Assembly (NCBI GenBank): GCA_963555755.3
Contig: OY820905.2
Span: 4,064,001-4,128,000 of the forward strand
DNA: 64,000 bases
From: Nitrospirales bacterium
GTDB taxonomy: Bacteria; Nitrospirota; Nitrospiria; Nitrospirales; UBA8639
Direction: 5' to 3'
The notes under the pieces are model-generated. The model made no database searches. It saw only the letters and a program-made list of their open reading frames with translations, and had not been told where the DNA came from. The translations under genes and the position numbers were made by a program. Shown here piece by piece: positions 31,275 through 42,170 of this stretch. Every line of letters starts with the position of its first letter. Position 1 is the stretch's first letter.

Positions 31275-31418
31275 AATCCCAAAGAAGTCAGAGGGAAATA
31301 TTTCAGGATTGTGGGGAGGCTTATAGTTGATGGGCAGGACCTTTCCGATATGCTTATTCAAAAGCAATTAGCCGTCCCTTATCATGGGGGAACGAAGACC
31401 AAGGATTGGTGTGGGTGA
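31275..31418 (+). pseudogene. Thermonuclease (SNase-like) 3' remnant 1
   Basis: RGKYFRIVGRLIVDGQDLSDMLIQKQLAVPYHGGTKTKDWC. Confidence 0.7.
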
Positions 31419-31431
31419 AAAGGAGGAACCA

Positions 31432-31731
31432 ATGAAGACGCTAGACAGGATTATTCTAATTGTTTTGGTTATTGGAATTTGGGGATTAATAGGGACGATG
31501 TGGGTAAAGCCAAGCAATGTGGATGCACACGATGGACATACCCATGAAAGCATTGATGTGTTCGGCGTAGCAGAAGAATACCACTCGCATGATTATGCGG
31601 AGGAAGGCCACTCGCATGATTATGCAGAGAGAGACCACTCGCATAATGTCTTTGCTATTTACAATTTCAAGAGCGCTATAGTACGCATCCTATTAGATTG
31701 CTCTGTCGATGGGGATTCTATTTCGTGCTAA
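31432..31731 (+). CDS. Small membrane-anchored His-rich protein
   Basis: RBS aaggagg; TM helix; 27-bp tandem repeat encoding HSHDYAE. Confidence 0.7.
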   Translation: MKTLDRIILIVLVIGIWGLIGTMWVKPSNVDAHDGHTHESIDVFGVAEEYHSHDYAEEGHSHDYAERDHSHNVFAIYNFKSAIVRILLDCSVDGDSISC

Positions 31732-31755
31732 ATACAAGGAGGAACCCTATTTTGG

Positions 31756-31882
31756 GGGAAAATATTTCAGGATTGTAGGGAGACTGATCGCCGATGGCGT
31801 GGATATTTCAGACTTGCTGATACAACAACACTTAGCGGTTCTCTATGATGGGGGGACGAAGACCAAGGATTGGTGTGAGTAA
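31756..31882 (+). pseudogene. Thermonuclease 3' remnant 2
   Basis: GKYFRIVGRLIADGVDISDLLIQQHLAVLYDGGTKTKDWCE. Confidence 0.7.
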
Positions 31883-31947
31883 GAATAGGGTAGTTGCCCC
31901 AATGACCCCGTTGCCTAAGATGTGAAGCTACTTACCTAAGTTTTCCA

Positions 31948-32133
31948 ATGAAACCCGTTAGCACTATCGTAGTTGTCGTCTTTGCCTTGGTTGCCGTCGT
32001 TCATCTGATGCGCATCATTCAAGGCTGGGAAGTCATCGTCAACGGTATCACTATGCCCCTGTGGGTCAGTATTGTCGGAGCCATCATTGCGGGCGGGTTA
32101 GCTATTTTGATTTGGCGAGAGTCACGACAGTAA
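31948..32133 (+). CDS. Small two-TM membrane protein
   Basis: 61 aa, two hydrophobic helices. Confidence 0.7.
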   Translation: MKPVSTIVVVVFALVAVVHLMRIIQGWEVIVNGITMPLWVSIVGAIIAGGLAILIWRESRQ

Positions 32134-32366
32134 ACAAGGTCAAGTCCTAGGGCTCAAGGAAAATGAAAAGGCCCCTCGGCGGGGAACAAGTGGGGCCGCA
32201 TACTGGAGGATGTGCTGCGGAATTCGATTCACAAGGTTTACTTGGAGGGGTTTGGGCTAGAGGGATCGCGGAAAATTTTTGCGGTTTGGGAAGCGTCAGT
32301 TGAATGTCCATAATACAAAGAACCAGGGCACAATCCTATTCCTTATATTCCTTGCGCTCCAAGTCC

Positions 32367-32591
32367 AAAAAGGAAAAGAAAAGGGGTCAAATCTTAAAAG
32401 GGGTCAAATCTTTGGTTGACTAAAACTTTAGATTATGTCCCCTGCTCGGAAGAGAAGATCGCGCTCCCAGAAAAAAGCAGTGGATGAAAGAGCGACGAGA
32501 AGTTTGAAACGAAACTCTCAACCAAAGATTTGACCCCTTTTTGACCCCTTTTCAACCAAAGATTTGACCCCTTTTTGACCCCTTTTCTTTT
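32367..32591. mobile_element. Element E copy 1 (core 32396..32541) with stuttered ends
   Basis: TIR AAAAGGGGTCAAATCTTTGGTTGA plus partial end copies on both sides. Confidence 0.9.
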
Positions 32592-32823
32592 TAAAAAAAC
32601 GACAGCCCCCCCAGATGAGTGGCTGGGCCGAGGAGTCCTCATTCGCCCTCCCCTTTGTTGGTGTCAGCCTGGTGTCAAGCAACCGGACAACCTGAGCAAG
32701 AGAGACCCGACGAGACCCGACGAAACCCGATGAAACCAGATGAGGTGAACCCTGCATGAATGAGGGGTGGGAGAGGAAATCGTCAAGCCAGACAACGACT
32801 TGAACGATTCCCTTATAAAGGGC

Positions 32824-32878
32824 TGGTGCCGAAGGCGGGAGTTGAACCCGCACACCCGTGAGGGCACTAGAACCTGAA
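32824..32878 (-). other. att site: 55-bp copy of the tRNA-Leu 3' half up to the anticodon loop
   Basis: Identical to 44445..44499. Confidence 0.92.
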
Positions 32879-33829
32879 ACGACTGATGGCTATTGGCTGT
32901 TGTTGTTCATGGTTGGCCAGAGTCGCATGAACAGGGGATTTTCTCAAGGTCCCTGTTACACCAAGCTATGGCAAGCATTGGCAAGCTACGGCAGCCACTT
33001 GACAATTTCTTGACAAAATTTGAATGCGTCCACCTGTGGGGTAGGGGGGGGCACCCTTGCGCCAAGTACCTCAGTCTCGGAGTGACAGTCATGTCCCCAG
33101 TCATACACAGCCGAATTTTTGCCAAACACCCATCGCTGTTCCCCATGACCCACCTCCTTGCGCATTCTCGCGCGTTTCAGATGTGTCCACACTGATGGAG
33201 GAAGACCAAACCGCGTCACAAACAGCAAGCCTCATCGTGTCGGCGGTGGGGCTTTTTACGTTGGTCACTTGTCACAAGTGGCCCTTCACACAGAAGTATG
33301 TGCTGCGGAATCTGATTCACAAGGTCGTCTAGGAGAGGTCCGGGCCGGGGGGCTTGCGTAAAATTGTGGTGGTGGAGCATAGCTGCCTCCTCTCCACCCG
33401 GCAATTTATCGCGCAACAGGTGGCCTAATCACTGGGGGCAGGTCACCCCGAAATTGGGGTATCAAAAAAACTGACAATGAATTTCTGGTCCCCGAGGGTA
33501 ACAGTAAGATTTCCTTCCGTTTAAATACAGGAATTTGGGGGGTTTTATTAATATTTCTGTCTTTCTTTGGGGTTTTTCCCCTGTCAGAAAATTTGACAGT
33601 TTCTACCATACGTCATTGGACGTACTTGCTGTTCCTTGAGTTGAATCTTTGGTACCTACGCTCTCTTTTGGACAAATCGAAATTCTCCCCAGTAAAAACT
33701 TTTGACAGTTTTCGCAACGAGCTCCAAACCAAAAAAAAGTCTTCATCGAAATATTATCCACAAAAAAACATCTATATTCTCAACAAGTTAGCTCTTATTC
33801 GAGAGCGACCCATCACCTGATTTTAACCG

Positions 33830-33845
33830 TGGCATACGTTTTGCT
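33830..33845 (+). promoter_or_regulatory. Sigma-54 promoter of the PEP-CTERM gene
   Basis: TGGCATACGTTTTGCT; upstream palindrome TGTCAGAAAATTTGACA near 33582 is a candidate enhancer. Confidence 0.75.
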
Positions 33846-33920
33846 TAGTATACAACGCAACAGCAATTTAAATGGGTCGCCATAATATTAATCACTCAAT
33901 TACACCAAGGAGGTATTGCC

Positions 33921-34712
33921 ATGAAACACTCATCCACCACCACAATGAACAGACAAACATCATCTTTACAAGGAAAGACCGCCCGTGCCAAGAGAGGGCT
34001 GATGCGCATAGCCCTGTGTCTGGTCGGGATGGCTTTCACGCTCCTGCCACTGCCAGCCCTTGCCTTAACCTGGAATTTGGCAGACGATTTCTCGCTCTCC
34101 AATCCAAACGCCCCGTGGGAGTACGGAAAGTACACCGGGGGGCTGGACCAGAACACGTTCCAGCAATATGCTAATTCAGAAATTTTTCCTCTTGGGGGGT
34201 CCGGCATACTCCACATTCATCGTAACTCCGGAACGGATGATCCCAACATCATAAAGAACGTTGGCATGGAAGACACTTGCTGTAGTGGTCCAATAACTTT
34301 TCATGCCGGTGCGGTGACGTTTGGGGCGACCTTTGGACCCGCAGTCGTGGTTTGGACCGCGCCATTTGCTGGGATGTTCCAGGTGGATGCCACGTTTGCA
34401 ACCGTTCAACCAGGCGTGAATGTCTTGCCTACTGCTCACGTTTTTAATGGGACTGTCTTTGTCAACCTAGCTGCCATCCCTGTCTTTGGTACCACCAGTG
34501 ATTATAGTGGGCTCTTGGCGCTGGGATTGGGCGAGGAGATCCACTTCGTGGTAGCCCCGACTACGGAAGGAGGGCAGAAGACGGTCGAAGTCTCGGCGAT
34601 CATCAACAGCATTCCGCGCACCAACCCTGTCCCCGAACCCAGCACGATGTTGCTGCTCGGATCAGGCTTAGTCGGACTCATTGGCTACCGGATGAAGAAA
34701 GCACAAGCGTAA
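33921..34712 (+). CDS. PEP-CTERM sorting-domain protein
   Basis: Signal peptide; C-terminal VPEPSTMLLLGSGLVGLIGYRMKKAQA. Confidence 0.92.
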   Translation: MKHSSTTTMNRQTSSLQGKTARAKRGLMRIALCLVGMAFTLLPLPALALTWNLADDFSLSNPNAPWEYGKYTGGLDQNTFQQYANSEIFPLGGSGILHIHRNSGTDDPNIIKNVGMEDTCCSGPITFHAGAVTFGATFGPAVVVWTAPFAGMFQVDATFATVQPGVNVLPTAHVFNGTVFVNLAAIPVFGTTSDYSGLLALGLGEEIHFVVAPTTEGGQKTVEVSAIINSIPRTNPVPEPSTMLLLGSGLVGLIGYRMKKAQA

Positions 34713-34742
34713 ACGCATAGTCGATAATTTAGTCACACAATC

Positions 34743-34780
34743 AAAGAGCCTCACCGTTTCGGCGGTGGGGCTCTTTCTCT
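34743..34780 (+). terminator. Rho-independent terminator-like hairpin (repeat family)
   Basis: AAAGAGCCTCACCGTTTCGGCGGTGGGGCTCTTT; relatives near 16743 (reverse), 28529, 31141, 33227, 42792. Confidence 0.75.
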
Positions 34781-34866
34781 TGGCCGCATTCATCAAGGTC
34801 TGTCACTGACCCAGAGACAGAGCTACAGACCCTATTTTCAATAACTGGACAATACATCCCCAAGCC

Positions 34867-35210
34867 ATGAACATCAGAATAATTCAGTGGAATATTTCAA
34901 TGAAATGCAAGGCCGAAAAAATAGCGTACTGCTTATCCCGCTATATTCATGGCCCCACCATTATTACCTTGCAAGAAGTTTTAAAATCCACATATGCCCA
35001 GATTGCGTCTGTGCTGACCCCTCCTGGAAGAGCGTACAGTCTTGCTTTACGAAAAGCCGGAAACCATGAAGGAAGAAATCGTAAAATGGGTGTCGCGACA
35101 TTCGTTTTCGAAGGCAGAATACCTCATTACGAACTCGTATCACGTAGTATTTTTCCAGAAAGAACCTTGTTTTCGACATGCCAATTCGAGGGGAAGAATA
35201 TTTCCTTGTA
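34867..35210 (+). pseudogene. Truncated endonuclease/exonuclease/phosphatase-family gene
   Basis: IIQWNI and ITLQEV motifs; abuts an XRE-like tail (IAQALGVTLSELV). Confidence 0.65.
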
Positions 35211-35282
35211 TCGCACAGGCTTTAGGCGTAACCCTCTCGGAGTTAGTCGGCGATCAACCACAATCAACCAAAAGGAGGTCCG

Positions 35283-36470
35283 ATGGGACGGACAAAACGA
35301 AAGGACGGGTATTACGTCGAGTTTCCCGTCATTGACGATGGGAAGGTCTTGACGTTAGCGAGAGGCACGCCTGGTGCCAAGGTGAAACGGTGGCGCGTCG
35401 GGTGCCGTAACAAAACGATGGCTCAAGACCAGGAAACTATTATCAAGAACAAGCTTCTCAACGGAACAATGGTAAGCGTTCGGGCAAAGCTGGCAATAAT
35501 GACCTTCGGCCAATGGGCCAAAGAATATGTGGAGATTGAAGAAGTGAAGTGTCTCCGCTCCTACACTGAGCGATGCCAGCGAATTACCGTGGTCCTTGTT
35601 CCATTCTTCGGCAAGACATTGTTGCAGGACATTACGGCCAAAGATGTAGAAGCCTTCCGCCAGGAGCGGGGGGAGGGGCGTGCTGTGGCTACCGTCAATG
35701 TGGATCACAACCTATTGAAGCACATGTTAAAGCATGCCATGAAGCGCGATTTGATTATGAGGAATGTGGCGTCTTTGGTCACAGCGCCGAAACCAAAGAA
35801 CGCTCGCAATCGAGTGCTCGAACCTGACGAGTGGAACCGGCTCTATGGTGCCGCGCCCGAATGGTTCCAGCCAGTGCTGTTGACGGGCTACCACACGGGG
35901 ATGCGACTAGAGGAAATCCTGACGCTCACGTGGGATCGGGTGGATCTGGAGAAGGGCCGCATGTTCCTTCCTGGACATCTGACCAAAACAGGGCAGGATC
36001 GTACCGTCCCTTTGACGCCGATGCTTCGGAAGGAACTGCAACAACTCCGGGACTATGGTGGCGTTGCTCGAATTCAAGGCTTGGTGTTTCAGAAGGATGG
36101 CCAGAAGATTAACCACAGCTATCGCGTGGTGAAGGAGTTATGCGAGGAGCAGCACATTCCGAACTTCGTCTTCCATGACTTGCGGCATTGTGCTGTCACG
36201 AATTTAGCGGATTCTGGAGTAGAGATTGAGACGATCATGAAAATCGTCGGGCATTCCAGTATTGAAATGTTCCTACGTTACCGCACCATCACGGCGGATA
36301 AATTAGACACCGCCATGTCCAGCCTTAACACGCTAATAACACGGCGTCAAAACGCCGCTCGCCAAGAAAAGGGGTCAGAAAAGGGGTCAAATCTTTGGTT
36401 GACTAAAACTTTAGATTATGTCCCCTGCTCGGAAGAGAAGATCGCGCTCCCAGAAAAAAGCAGTGGATGA
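35283..36470 (+). CDS. Tyrosine integrase, duplicate with C-terminus replaced by element E
   Basis: Identical to 43332.. up to AARQ, then reads through element E. Confidence 0.85.
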   Translation: MGRTKRKDGYYVEFPVIDDGKVLTLARGTPGAKVKRWRVGCRNKTMAQDQETIIKNKLLNGTMVSVRAKLAIMTFGQWAKEYVEIEEVKCLRSYTERCQRITVVLVPFFGKTLLQDITAKDVEAFRQERGEGRAVATVNVDHNLLKHMLKHAMKRDLIMRNVASLVTAPKPKNARNRVLEPDEWNRLYGAAPEWFQPVLLTGYHTGMRLEEILTLTWDRVDLEKGRMFLPGHLTKTGQDRTVPLTPMLRKELQQLRDYGGVARIQGLVFQKDGQKINHSYRVVKELCEEQHIPNFVFHDLRHCAVTNLADSGVEIETIMKIVGHSSIEMFLRYRTITADKLDTAMSSLNTLITRRQNAARQEKGSEKGSNLWLTKTLDYVPCSEEKIALPEKSSG

Positions 36471-36529
36471 AAGAGCGACGAGGAGTTTGAAACGAAACTC
36501 TCAACCAAAGATTTGACCCCTTTTTTTTT
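36367..36529. mobile_element. Element E copy 2 (core 36379..36524)
   Basis: Same TIRs; truncates the integrase on the left and the P450 on the right. Confidence 0.9.
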
Positions 36530-36988
36530 ATCATGGTCGAGAACTCGAATTTCACCCTCCCTCCAGGACCCCATCATGCGCTGTGTATATTCCGCCGTGA
36601 CTTTCACCAACCCATCTATTTGATGGCAAGGAAAGCAGCGTTGGACTAACTGTCGTTGCCGAATCCAACTAGCACCTTCGCTAGACATTAACCCATTGCC
36701 AAGTACATTCCAGGTAAAATCCTTTGGGGGACGTGACAAATTCCTGCTAAAAATTCGATGATTGGTTGTCAGGACGGTTTCGATAAGCTCGGGATGACAT
36801 AACAGGTATGCCCTTATGCCGGGAAAGCGAAGGCCTACCACATCACCATACTCGCGCGCGCATTGGGAAACAAACCCTAACGGGTCTCTTCTATACTCTA
36901 GAAGGTTGCCAAAAATGGGGTTGCCTTTAGGCCCAGGCGGAAAGGATTTAGCCGTCACGTAAGCGTACCTTTTCAAAAGGATGTACAA
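36530..36988 (-). pseudogene. Cytochrome P450 5' fragment
   Basis: PPGPKGNPIFGNL..LGNGLMSSEG..W.RQR; no haem motif, cut by element E. Confidence 0.85.
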
Positions 36989-37023
36989 AGGAACAACTCA
37001 TTGAACTTGACTCCCCTGAAACT

Positions 37024-38097
37024 CTACTTCTGACGCCAAAGCAACAAATAACCGGTGATCAATTGAATCGAAATCCCAATCCCCACGACGACATAAAGCA
37101 GTTTTGTGAACAATCCTCCGAAATAACCCGCGTGAAGAGGGACATCAAGGTTAATGAAGCGTTGTCCCATTGACGCTGTACGACTGTCTTCTGTTCGAAT
37201 CACGTCTCCACTATGTGGGTCGATATAGACCACACTTGATCCCCTCGGATTGGTATCCTCGGAAAACCGCTTTCGGACTTGAAAAGGCTGCCTAGGTCCT
37301 AAGGGCATTCGAATCATGACGATTTTTCCACCAGAAAGTGTCGTATTCGCAATGTGTACAAGATCGGATACTCGCTGAGGCCTTAGAGGAGCCTCGGATA
37401 ATGTATGTGATGCCAGTGGAGGATTTCCGTTTGGGCCCTTGGCTAGGCTTTGAACCAAATTTCCAACTAGCGGAAAGGAGAAATAGACACCCGTTAAGGC
37501 AATAACCAGCACAACAATGGCTGAATGTATTCCCCACATATTATGCATATCCAAAACGGCATGCTTCCATCCTGAATTTAATCTGAGACGCCAAATGGTC
37601 TTGAGTGTGTTAGGTGATCTCCTCCACCATAGGATCAGGCCTGTTAGTGTCGAGACAATTAGTAGAATACTCCCCATGCCATTCAGAGTTATTCCAATAG
37701 GCCCTCCTAGAAATAGATCCATATGAAAAATTAATATAAACCCCATCAGTGATCCACTCATAGTCCTGGAACCTAAGATTTCACCGGAATACGGGTTAAC
37801 ATAGATGCGGGAATTCCACGAATTGATAAGTAGTTCGTAGACTCCTTCAGGTGACCTGGGGAACGTAATTGAGATGATTCGATCTGGAGAACGGGTACTT
37901 TGAACGTTGGTCATAATCTCTTCAAGAGATAAAATTTCCCCCTGCGGCGTAACTCGAAGCAGTTGAGGATTCAGCCATTCATCAATTTCGGAATGGAACA
38001 CGAGAATACTTCCTGTCGTACCCATCAGGAGAAAATATACGCCAATATACAGATTTAAATAACGATGAATACTATGAAAAATTCTTTGTGGCTGCAT
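37024..38097 (-). CDS. PepSY-associated TM-helix protein
   Basis: HRYL..TGSILVF..EID.WLNP, YVNPYSGEILG, LHAG motifs. Confidence 0.9.
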   Translation of the reverse strand: MQPQRIFHSIHRYLNLYIGVYFLLMGTTGSILVFHSEIDEWLNPQLLRVTPQGEILSLEEIMTNVQSTRSPDRIISITFPRSPEGVYELLINSWNSRIYVNPYSGEILGSRTMSGSLMGFILIFHMDLFLGGPIGITLNGMGSILLIVSTLTGLILWWRRSPNTLKTIWRLRLNSGWKHAVLDMHNMWGIHSAIVVLVIALTGVYFSFPLVGNLVQSLAKGPNGNPPLASHTLSEAPLRPQRVSDLVHIANTTLSGGKIVMIRMPLGPRQPFQVRKRFSEDTNPRGSSVVYIDPHSGDVIRTEDSRTASMGQRFINLDVPLHAGYFGGLFTKLLYVVVGIGISIQLITGYLLLWRQK

Positions 38098-38151
38098 AGC
38101 TTGGTTCCTAGATCACGAAGAAGTAAATATCCACGGGCTTACCCCCCCTGG

Positions 38152-40055
38152 CAGGGCCATTTCATTCTTTTTATAAGCAAGGGATTCCATGAGGTTTTTT
38201 GTGCCCTCTTTTTCAGGGCAGGGCCATGCGGATGGCTAAATGGGGCTTGCCCCAGAGCAGTCTACACGCCTGCGCGATATTGGTGTAGCCTTTCAGGCGT
38301 AAGAGACTGATGGCATAGCGTCTCAGACAGGTCATGACCATTGGGCCATTGAGACTTCGTATCTGACTCCTGTCTTCATCAAAGGTGACGTCCAACACAT
38401 AATGCTGCTTATTCTCCACACTCCAATGCTTTCGGTTTTGCGAGAGGATGGTCTTCGGCCCCGCCTTGTCTTTGGACTGACTCGTGACACCGCAGACCGC
38501 TTCGACGGTCGTGAGGCCCTGCTTGAGATGCGTCACTTCCCTCTCAATGCAGAAGACTTGCTGGACATGAGGAAAGTTGACATAGGCATTCAGGGAGTCA
38601 TCGCACCAGATCCTGCGGGTCGTGATCTGCCCATGGCCTTTCTCGGTGGTGGCATAATCGCACCGGCGTGCTCGCAACGCTAAGGCCTCAATGTCGTGCT
38701 TCAAGGTGGGCTGGTTTCCCTTGACGGTGAAGACGAAGTCGGCGCCGCGTTCGTGCACCAGGTACTCGGCAATCTCTTTCTGGGTGAGGAGCGCATCCGC
38801 CGTGATCACCTTCCCTGCGATCTCGAGCGCATCTAACAGGGGCCGCACGCAGGGGATCTCATTGGTCTTGGAGTGAACTTTTTTTGGGTGAGGTGGCGCC
38901 CGGCTTGATGGGTGACGGCGCTGAGGACGTGGGGCTGTTCGCTTGGGACCTTCGACGTCCCCCGCATGGTCTTCCCATCAATGGCAATGCCCTGATCCTC
39001 CCCGCCGAAGGTGTCCAGCCACCGGCCGAGCAGGGTATCGACTTCACAGGGGTCGACGGCCGTGATAAAGCGGTAAAGAGTGCTGCGGCTCGGGACGAGG
39101 TAGCGCCCCCCTCGCTGAGTACAGCCTAGCCGCTTGCGCATCGGCTGCGATAACTGCTGGGCCCAGTCCGAGATCGCTTCATAGCCGCGCGCGCCGCACA
39201 AGGTGGCACAGAACATGATCGCCGTGAGGGCGCGTCGGGTGTGCCGTTGCCCTTGCAAATGGCGGGGATCGGTCAGCTGCACCACATACGTAAAGAGGGA
39301 GTCCGTCTGTTTTGTATTCAATCTCATCTGAGGCGCTTCTCCTTTCTGATAGGGCTGATCAAGCATCGGGCGTGCAAGGATCTCTCGGGCTTGGGGATGC
39401 AGCCGCACGACTAGGATGCGCTTCGGTCTCTCATGCTGAACATAACACGTGTTCGACTTGCGAAACCCTCGTGTCAGACCGAGCTCGTGCCACCCGGCGG
39501 CCCGATAGCAGGTCCCGGTGAAGCGGGCAGGATCGACGAAGGTCTCTAAGAGGAGCAAGGGGTAGCCGTGGTACAGTTGCCAATCGGCCGAGATCCGTTT
39601 CGCGCAGAGCGACAGGACTTTCGAGGCGAGGTTCTTTTGCGAACAGCCCGGCAGCATGAGAAACCAGGTGTTGTTGGCCAGTAAATGGAGTCGTTGCCAT
39701 TGAAAACAGGGGGGCCAGCCGATCCAGTGGTCTCGCGGTCTCGATTTGAGGGCCGCCGCCGCAAACACCAGCAAGGCCAGCCAGCGATCCTGCACACAGG
39801 CGAGATATTGTATCGATTGGCCAATCAGCGGGGCATGACCGAGGTAGTGGTGTCTGTCGAGAAGGGTCTTGAAGGCGTCCTTTTCGTCTCGGACAATTGG
39901 GCGAACCACGACTTGCCTCAGATCAATGTCCGGCTGTCCGCTTGGCGATTCGTCTGGCATACAAAAGAGTATGCCGTAAACGAAAAGAAAAAGCCAGCCT
40001 AAATCGATTATTCCTTATTATCTATAAAGTTACACTTTAATATGAAATAGCCCTG
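38152..40055 (-). mobile_element. ISAs1-family IS (1,904 bp), 10-bp TSD CCCCCCCTGG
   Basis: TIR CAGGGCCATTTCAT / CAGGGCTATTTCAT; TSD at 38142-38151 and 40056-40065. Confidence 0.92.
38213..39960 (-). CDS. ISAs1 transposase with N-terminal DUF4338 (DruA-like) domain, split by a -1 frameshift
   Basis: HHYLG, LLETFVDP..FTGTCYRAAGW; AIDGKT; A7G slip restores QKKVHSKTNEIP; ITADAL, VKGNQP, HWSVEN, FDED. Confidence 0.88.
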
Positions 40056-40606
40056 CCCCCCCTGGTCCGCCGCTCTAGCCTTGATAGATAACATCAGGTC
40101 AAAGCCGTCCGAGTGCAAAGAGCCCTGGTGAAATAGCCGACAACGACGGAACAGCTCTTTCCTTACATGGCATTAATTCTTCTCTTCAGCTCGCCGTCCT
40201 CCGCCCAGGATTTTCTTCAGCTTTTTTTCGAACACACTTCAGAGTATGCTTTGACACCGAGATGACTCAGACCACACCTTGCACGTCAATGCGAAGAATT
40301 GGGTGCTCGTCCAATTCGGCAAACACACGGTCCAATACGTCCCTTGAAAGAGCACGGTATCCTGGCGTAGTAGGCCGGTGGCCAAAAATTCGGTTCGCCC
40401 TCACGACGTGTTCCCTGTTAAGCAACAGACCAAAGATGATCCATGGGCCTACGTTATGTCCACAGGACATCCCTTTAAGACGTCACAATATTTCCTATTG
40501 ATTTGGAGAATATGGAAGTTCTGGAAGTCCATAGTTTAGCCAATGATCAATGGTGACTAATAAACGGAACGAAACGCCCGATTTGATTGAGAAGACAAAA
40601 AGATAC

Positions 40607-40824
40607 AAAAGGGGTCAAATCTTTGGTTGACTAAAACTTTGAAAAGGGGTCAAATCTTTGGTTGAAAAGGGGTCAAATCTTTGGTTGCCTAAAACTTTAG
40701 ATTATGTCCCCCTGCTCGGAAGAGAAGATCGCGCTCCCAGAAAAAAGCAGTGGATGAAGACGAGGAGTTTGAAACGAAACTCTCAACCAAAGATTTGACC
40801 CCTTTCTGACCCCTTTCCCCTTTC
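40607..40824. mobile_element. Element E copy 3 with stuttered ends
   Basis: Three left-end starts (40607, 40642, 40665); right-end stutters use a GAAAG leader. Confidence 0.9.
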
Positions 40825-40856
40825 TAAACCGTCTTTTTTCCCAAGGTTTATAACAC

Positions 40857-41159
40857 CTACCGAAGTTGTAGTTCTAGTTTTAAGCCAACTGCTTCCGCAG
40901 CCTTTTTCATAGTGTGCAACGTCACCGATTCATTTTCTGGATCTAGTAAGCGATCCAATTGAGATCGGCTGGTTTCCATGTGGGAAGCCATGGCTGCCTT
41001 CGATAGATTCTTTCGTTCCATGGCTTCGCTCAGTTTGTATGACAGTACTTTTTTAATCGCATCAGTTTGACAATCTTCGTACTGTCCTTCCGCTTTCAGT
41101 AATCCTTCAAGCGTGGACCCGGATCGTGGGTTAATCTTTTTCCGTTTCATATCGCTCAT
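40857..41159 (-). CDS. XRE/HTH antitoxin
   Basis: SKAAMASHMETSRSQLDRLLDPENESVTL; overlaps the toxin stop. Confidence 0.88.
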   Translation of the reverse strand: MSDMKRKKINPRSGSTLEGLLKAEGQYEDCQTDAIKKVLSYKLSEAMERKNLSKAAMASHMETSRSQLDRLLDPENESVTLHTMKKAAEAVGLKLELQLR

Positions 41160-41505
41160 GCTCCTTCTTGCGTTTGTTTGCGAGCTTTAATTCTTTTTCT
41201 GGGGTCTTTTGTGATTTCTTCACAAATCCATGAAGCAGCACCATTTCAGGACCACTCACATAGAAAAACACTCGTGCAATTCGTCCATCCGGTAAATCAC
41301 TGCGGACTTCACGAAGCCCAGCATAGCCTGATAAAGACCTACACAGTGGTTGGCCACAGGGCCAACCAAATTCGACGGTCATGATGTCCCTGCCGATGAT
41401 CTTCCGATTGGCACCAGCCAATTCCAACAGCCATTCCCTAACAGGCTCTTTCCCACTGGGAAGCCTGTAAAACATAGCTGTAATGACCTTCTGAACTTGA
41501 CTCAC
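41131..41505 (-). CDS. RelE/HigB-like toxin (Gp49/DUF891 type)
   Basis: GKEPVREWL, LREVRS, ARVFF, LLHGFVKKSQKTP. Confidence 0.9.
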   Translation of the reverse strand: MSQVQKVITAMFYRLPSGKEPVREWLLELAGANRKIIGRDIMTVEFGWPCGQPLCRSLSGYAGLREVRSDLPDGRIARVFFYVSGPEMVLLHGFVKKSQKTPEKELKLANKRKKEHERYETEKD

Positions 41506-41513
41506 ATATTATA

Positions 41514-41529
41514 GTACCAAAAAAGGTAC
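41514..41529. promoter_or_regulatory. Candidate TA autoregulatory operator
   Basis: GTACC-N6-GGTAC palindrome just upstream of the toxin start. Confidence 0.5.
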
Positions 41530-42170
41530 ATTCCTGCAATCTTTTTTTCGAGGTTAAATATCCCAATGTCCCACTGAAGGTTGGCTTTTTCCGAAATGTG
41601 CCTTAGAGTTAAAAGTTGGCCAGAAAAGGTAAGGGAGAAACTCTCAAAAAGGGGTTCTGTCGCAAATAATAGAGTTGTGAGTTACGCCACTGGTTTTCAT
41701 GTTGGACCAAGTTGAAAAACTCCAGTAAAGTTGACAATTCTCGTCTGCGGGACACGGAGATAAAACCCCTTATTGCCTTCAAAAACATTGTTTGCGACAG
41801 AACCGAAAAAATCGCTTCCGTCAGCATACGTTAGGCCCCCTCTCGAAACGCGGCTATTTTTTCAGAGGTTTTTAAAATCTGGGGGGAATCTATCCCCTTC
41901 CTGCCAAGTTATTTGTTTGGCCATTTCTTTTTCAACTTCTCTACCAGCCACTGCCATTTCCCATGTTCGTGTGGTAATTTCAATATCCCATCCAAATTAG
42001 CTCCGGTAAGGTTTCCCCCTCCCTTCTGAATCTATCTTGAAAGACCCTGCGGTTGATGAATAGAGCCCCGTCCGATATTCTCCTGAGGCGTGTTGGAATG
42101 AACGCAGATTCGCTAGTCGACTTGCCGCCCCAAATCCCTTCATGAGGGTGCTATGCCCTGTGCGTTTTAG

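Larger units (their letters stand above)
34342..36366 (+). repeat. 2,025-bp direct repeat, copy 1
   Basis: Appears identical to 42391..44415 (offset 8049). Confidence 0.95.

Noticed and set aside
32212..33365. Diverged ~65-bp repeat at 32212 and 33300
   Set aside because: The similarity is real, but no function or boundaries can be supported
28500..36470. Integron with attC cassettes
   Set aside because: No RYYYAAC..GTTRRRY sites were recognised, and the integrase is a tRNA-targeting island type
38833..39960. Druantia defence system
   Set aside because: The DUF4338-like domain is part of an IS transposase; no DruE or other dru genes
41560..42000. Degraded minus-strand ORF
   Set aside because: Several stops and no recognisable family
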